The notes beneath the pieces are model-generated. The model did no database searches and was not told the origin of the DNA. It was given only the letters and a program-made list of their open reading frames with translations. From a virus (taxonomy: Duplodnaviria; Heunggongvirae; Uroviricota; Caudoviricetes), in IMG/VR virus record IMGVR_UViG_2778261341_000005: DNA of 35,293 bases, one strand, 5' to 3'. The number at the start of each line of letters is the position of its first letter. Positions within the stretch are counted from its first letter, which is position 1. Shown piece by piece: positions 34,301 to 35,293 of the stretch. Position numbers and translations under genes: made by a program.

Positions 34301-35293
34301 ATGTCGATTAAGCAACTCAAAGACGGACGTTATAAGGTTGATGTAAGGCCACAAGGGACGGAAGGAAAGCGGATTCGTAAGATTTTTACCCTGAAGTCAA
34401 AGGCGCAGGAGTTTGAAAGGTATGTTTTGCAGAATTTTCATGATAAGCCATGGCAGGCTAAGCCAGCAGATCAGCGTCGGTTATCCGAACTGATAGAGGC
34501 CTGGTGGTTGCTTGATGGTCGTAACCAGGATTACGGGGATACCTACAGGGTCAGACTGGAAAAGATAAACCGTGAGATGGGTGATCCTCGTGCCAGTCAG
34601 ATGACGCGAAAATTTATGCTCGGGTACCGGTCCGACAAATTACAGGCCGGGTTAATGCCTTCCAGCATTAACCGCGATTTGTGTGCCTTGTCTGCAATGT
34701 TCAGCTCGCTGATTGAGGGTGAGGTGTTCCATAACGAAAACCCGGTTCGGGGAATACGTAAGCTGAAAGTCAGGAACACAGAGATGGCCTTTCTTTCAGA
34801 TGAGGAGATTGAACGACTGCTTGAACGACTCGATGGAGATGCGCGGCGTGTTGCCATTCTGTGTCTTTCCACGGGGGCAAGGTGGGGCGAAGCAGCTGGT
34901 TTACGTGGGGAACATATTGTAGGTAACCGCGTGATGTTCTTTAACACCAAGAACGGAAAATCTCGCGCCGTTCCCGTTTCTGATGCGGTACTTGCGTTAA
35001 TTAAAACCCGCAGAACCGGATTGTTGTACCAGGCTGATTACCTCAGATTTCGGGAGATCCTTCAGGAGGTGAAGCCGGACTTGCCGAAAGGGCAGGCCAC
35101 CCATGTCATGCGTCATACATTCGCTACACATTTCATGATGAATGGCGGAAATATCGTTACGCTACAACGAATCCTGGGCCATGCCACGATTCAACAAACG
35201 ATGACGTATGCGCATTTTTCGCCGGACTTTTTACAGGATGCAATCAGCTTTAATCCGCTGGCTGAAAGTGTCCATAAACTGTCCATCGATTAG
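34301..35293 (+). CDS. int: tyrosine integrase (P2 Int family)
   Basis: MSIKQLKDGRYKVDVRPQGTEGKRIRKIF ... ILCLSTGARWGEAAGL ... HVMRHTFATHFMMNGGNIVTLQRILGH ... YAHFSP matches P2 Int blocks including the catalytic R..H..R..Y region; stop is the last codon of the window. Confidence 0.93.
   Translation: MSIKQLKDGRYKVDVRPQGTEGKRIRKIFTLKSKAQEFERYVLQNFHDKPWQAKPADQRRLSELIEAWWLLDGRNQDYGDTYRVRLEKINREMGDPRASQMTRKFMLGYRSDKLQAGLMPSSINRDLCALSAMFSSLIEGEVFHNENPVRGIRKLKVRNTEMAFLSDEEIERLLERLDGDARRVAILCLSTGARWGEAAGLRGEHIVGNRVMFFNTKNGKSRAVPVSDAVLALIKTRRTGLLYQADYLRFREILQEVKPDLPKGQATHVMRHTFATHFMMNGGNIVTLQRILGHATIQQTMTYAHFSPDFLQDAISFNPLAESVHKLSID

Larger units (their letters stand above)
3447..35293. mobile_element. 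P2-like (Peduoviridae-type) prophage, truncated by the right window edge; left boundary not resolved
   Basis: Contiguous modules: contractile-tail genes, P2-type head genes (O, N, M, L, P, Q), Ogr-like activator, HUH replication protein A, Cox-like/C repressor switch, P2-type tyrosine integrase. Confidence 0.9.

Overview
The window opens with a complete seryl-tRNA synthetase gene (serS, 1-1293, +) of Escherichia type and its hairpin terminator. Directly downstream is a tandem array (about 1481-2780) of three ~473-bp units, each of which I read as a hok/sok-like type I toxin-antitoxin locus: a 46-codon Hok/Gef-like ORF on the minus strand with an antisense promoter and hairpin on the plus strand. 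The 84-123 aa plus-strand ORFs in the supplied track at these positions are antisense artefacts. A ~650-bp non-coding block (2776-3440) with TTGCAC/GTGCAA operator-like repeats and direct TTACGT repeats follows. From ~3.45 kb to the right edge the window is a P2-like (Peduoviridae-type) prophage read tail -> head -> replication -> immunity -> integrase. It has a ~17.7-kb minus-strand late operon (scaffold O, capsid N, small terminase M, L, R, S, sheath, tube, an embedded holin / M15 endolysin / Rz-Rz1 cassette, chaperone with -1 frameshift, tape measure, baseplate W/J/I, tail fibre H, fibre assembly G, two unknowns, hub-spike). Large terminase P and portal Q are divergent on the plus strand, followed by an Ogr/Delta zinc-finger gene, HUH replication protein A with small early genes, a Cox-like gene, a C-type repressor and a tyrosine integrase that ends at 35293, so the int-proximal att site is outside the window. 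Gene order differs from canonical P2 (lysis cassette inside the tail operon; ogr next to Q). The best candidates for undescribed accessory or defence cargo are an AT-rich three-gene cassette between cox and the early operon (32016-33251) and a small-membrane-protein plus 187-aa pair downstream of A at the P2 old/tin position (24545-25290). No tRNA, rRNA, CRISPR array or IS element was recognised. All calls are by eye and recall, without tools; no %GC was computed; hand-derived coordinates (internal starts, hairpins, sub-threshold ORFs) may be off by a few nt.
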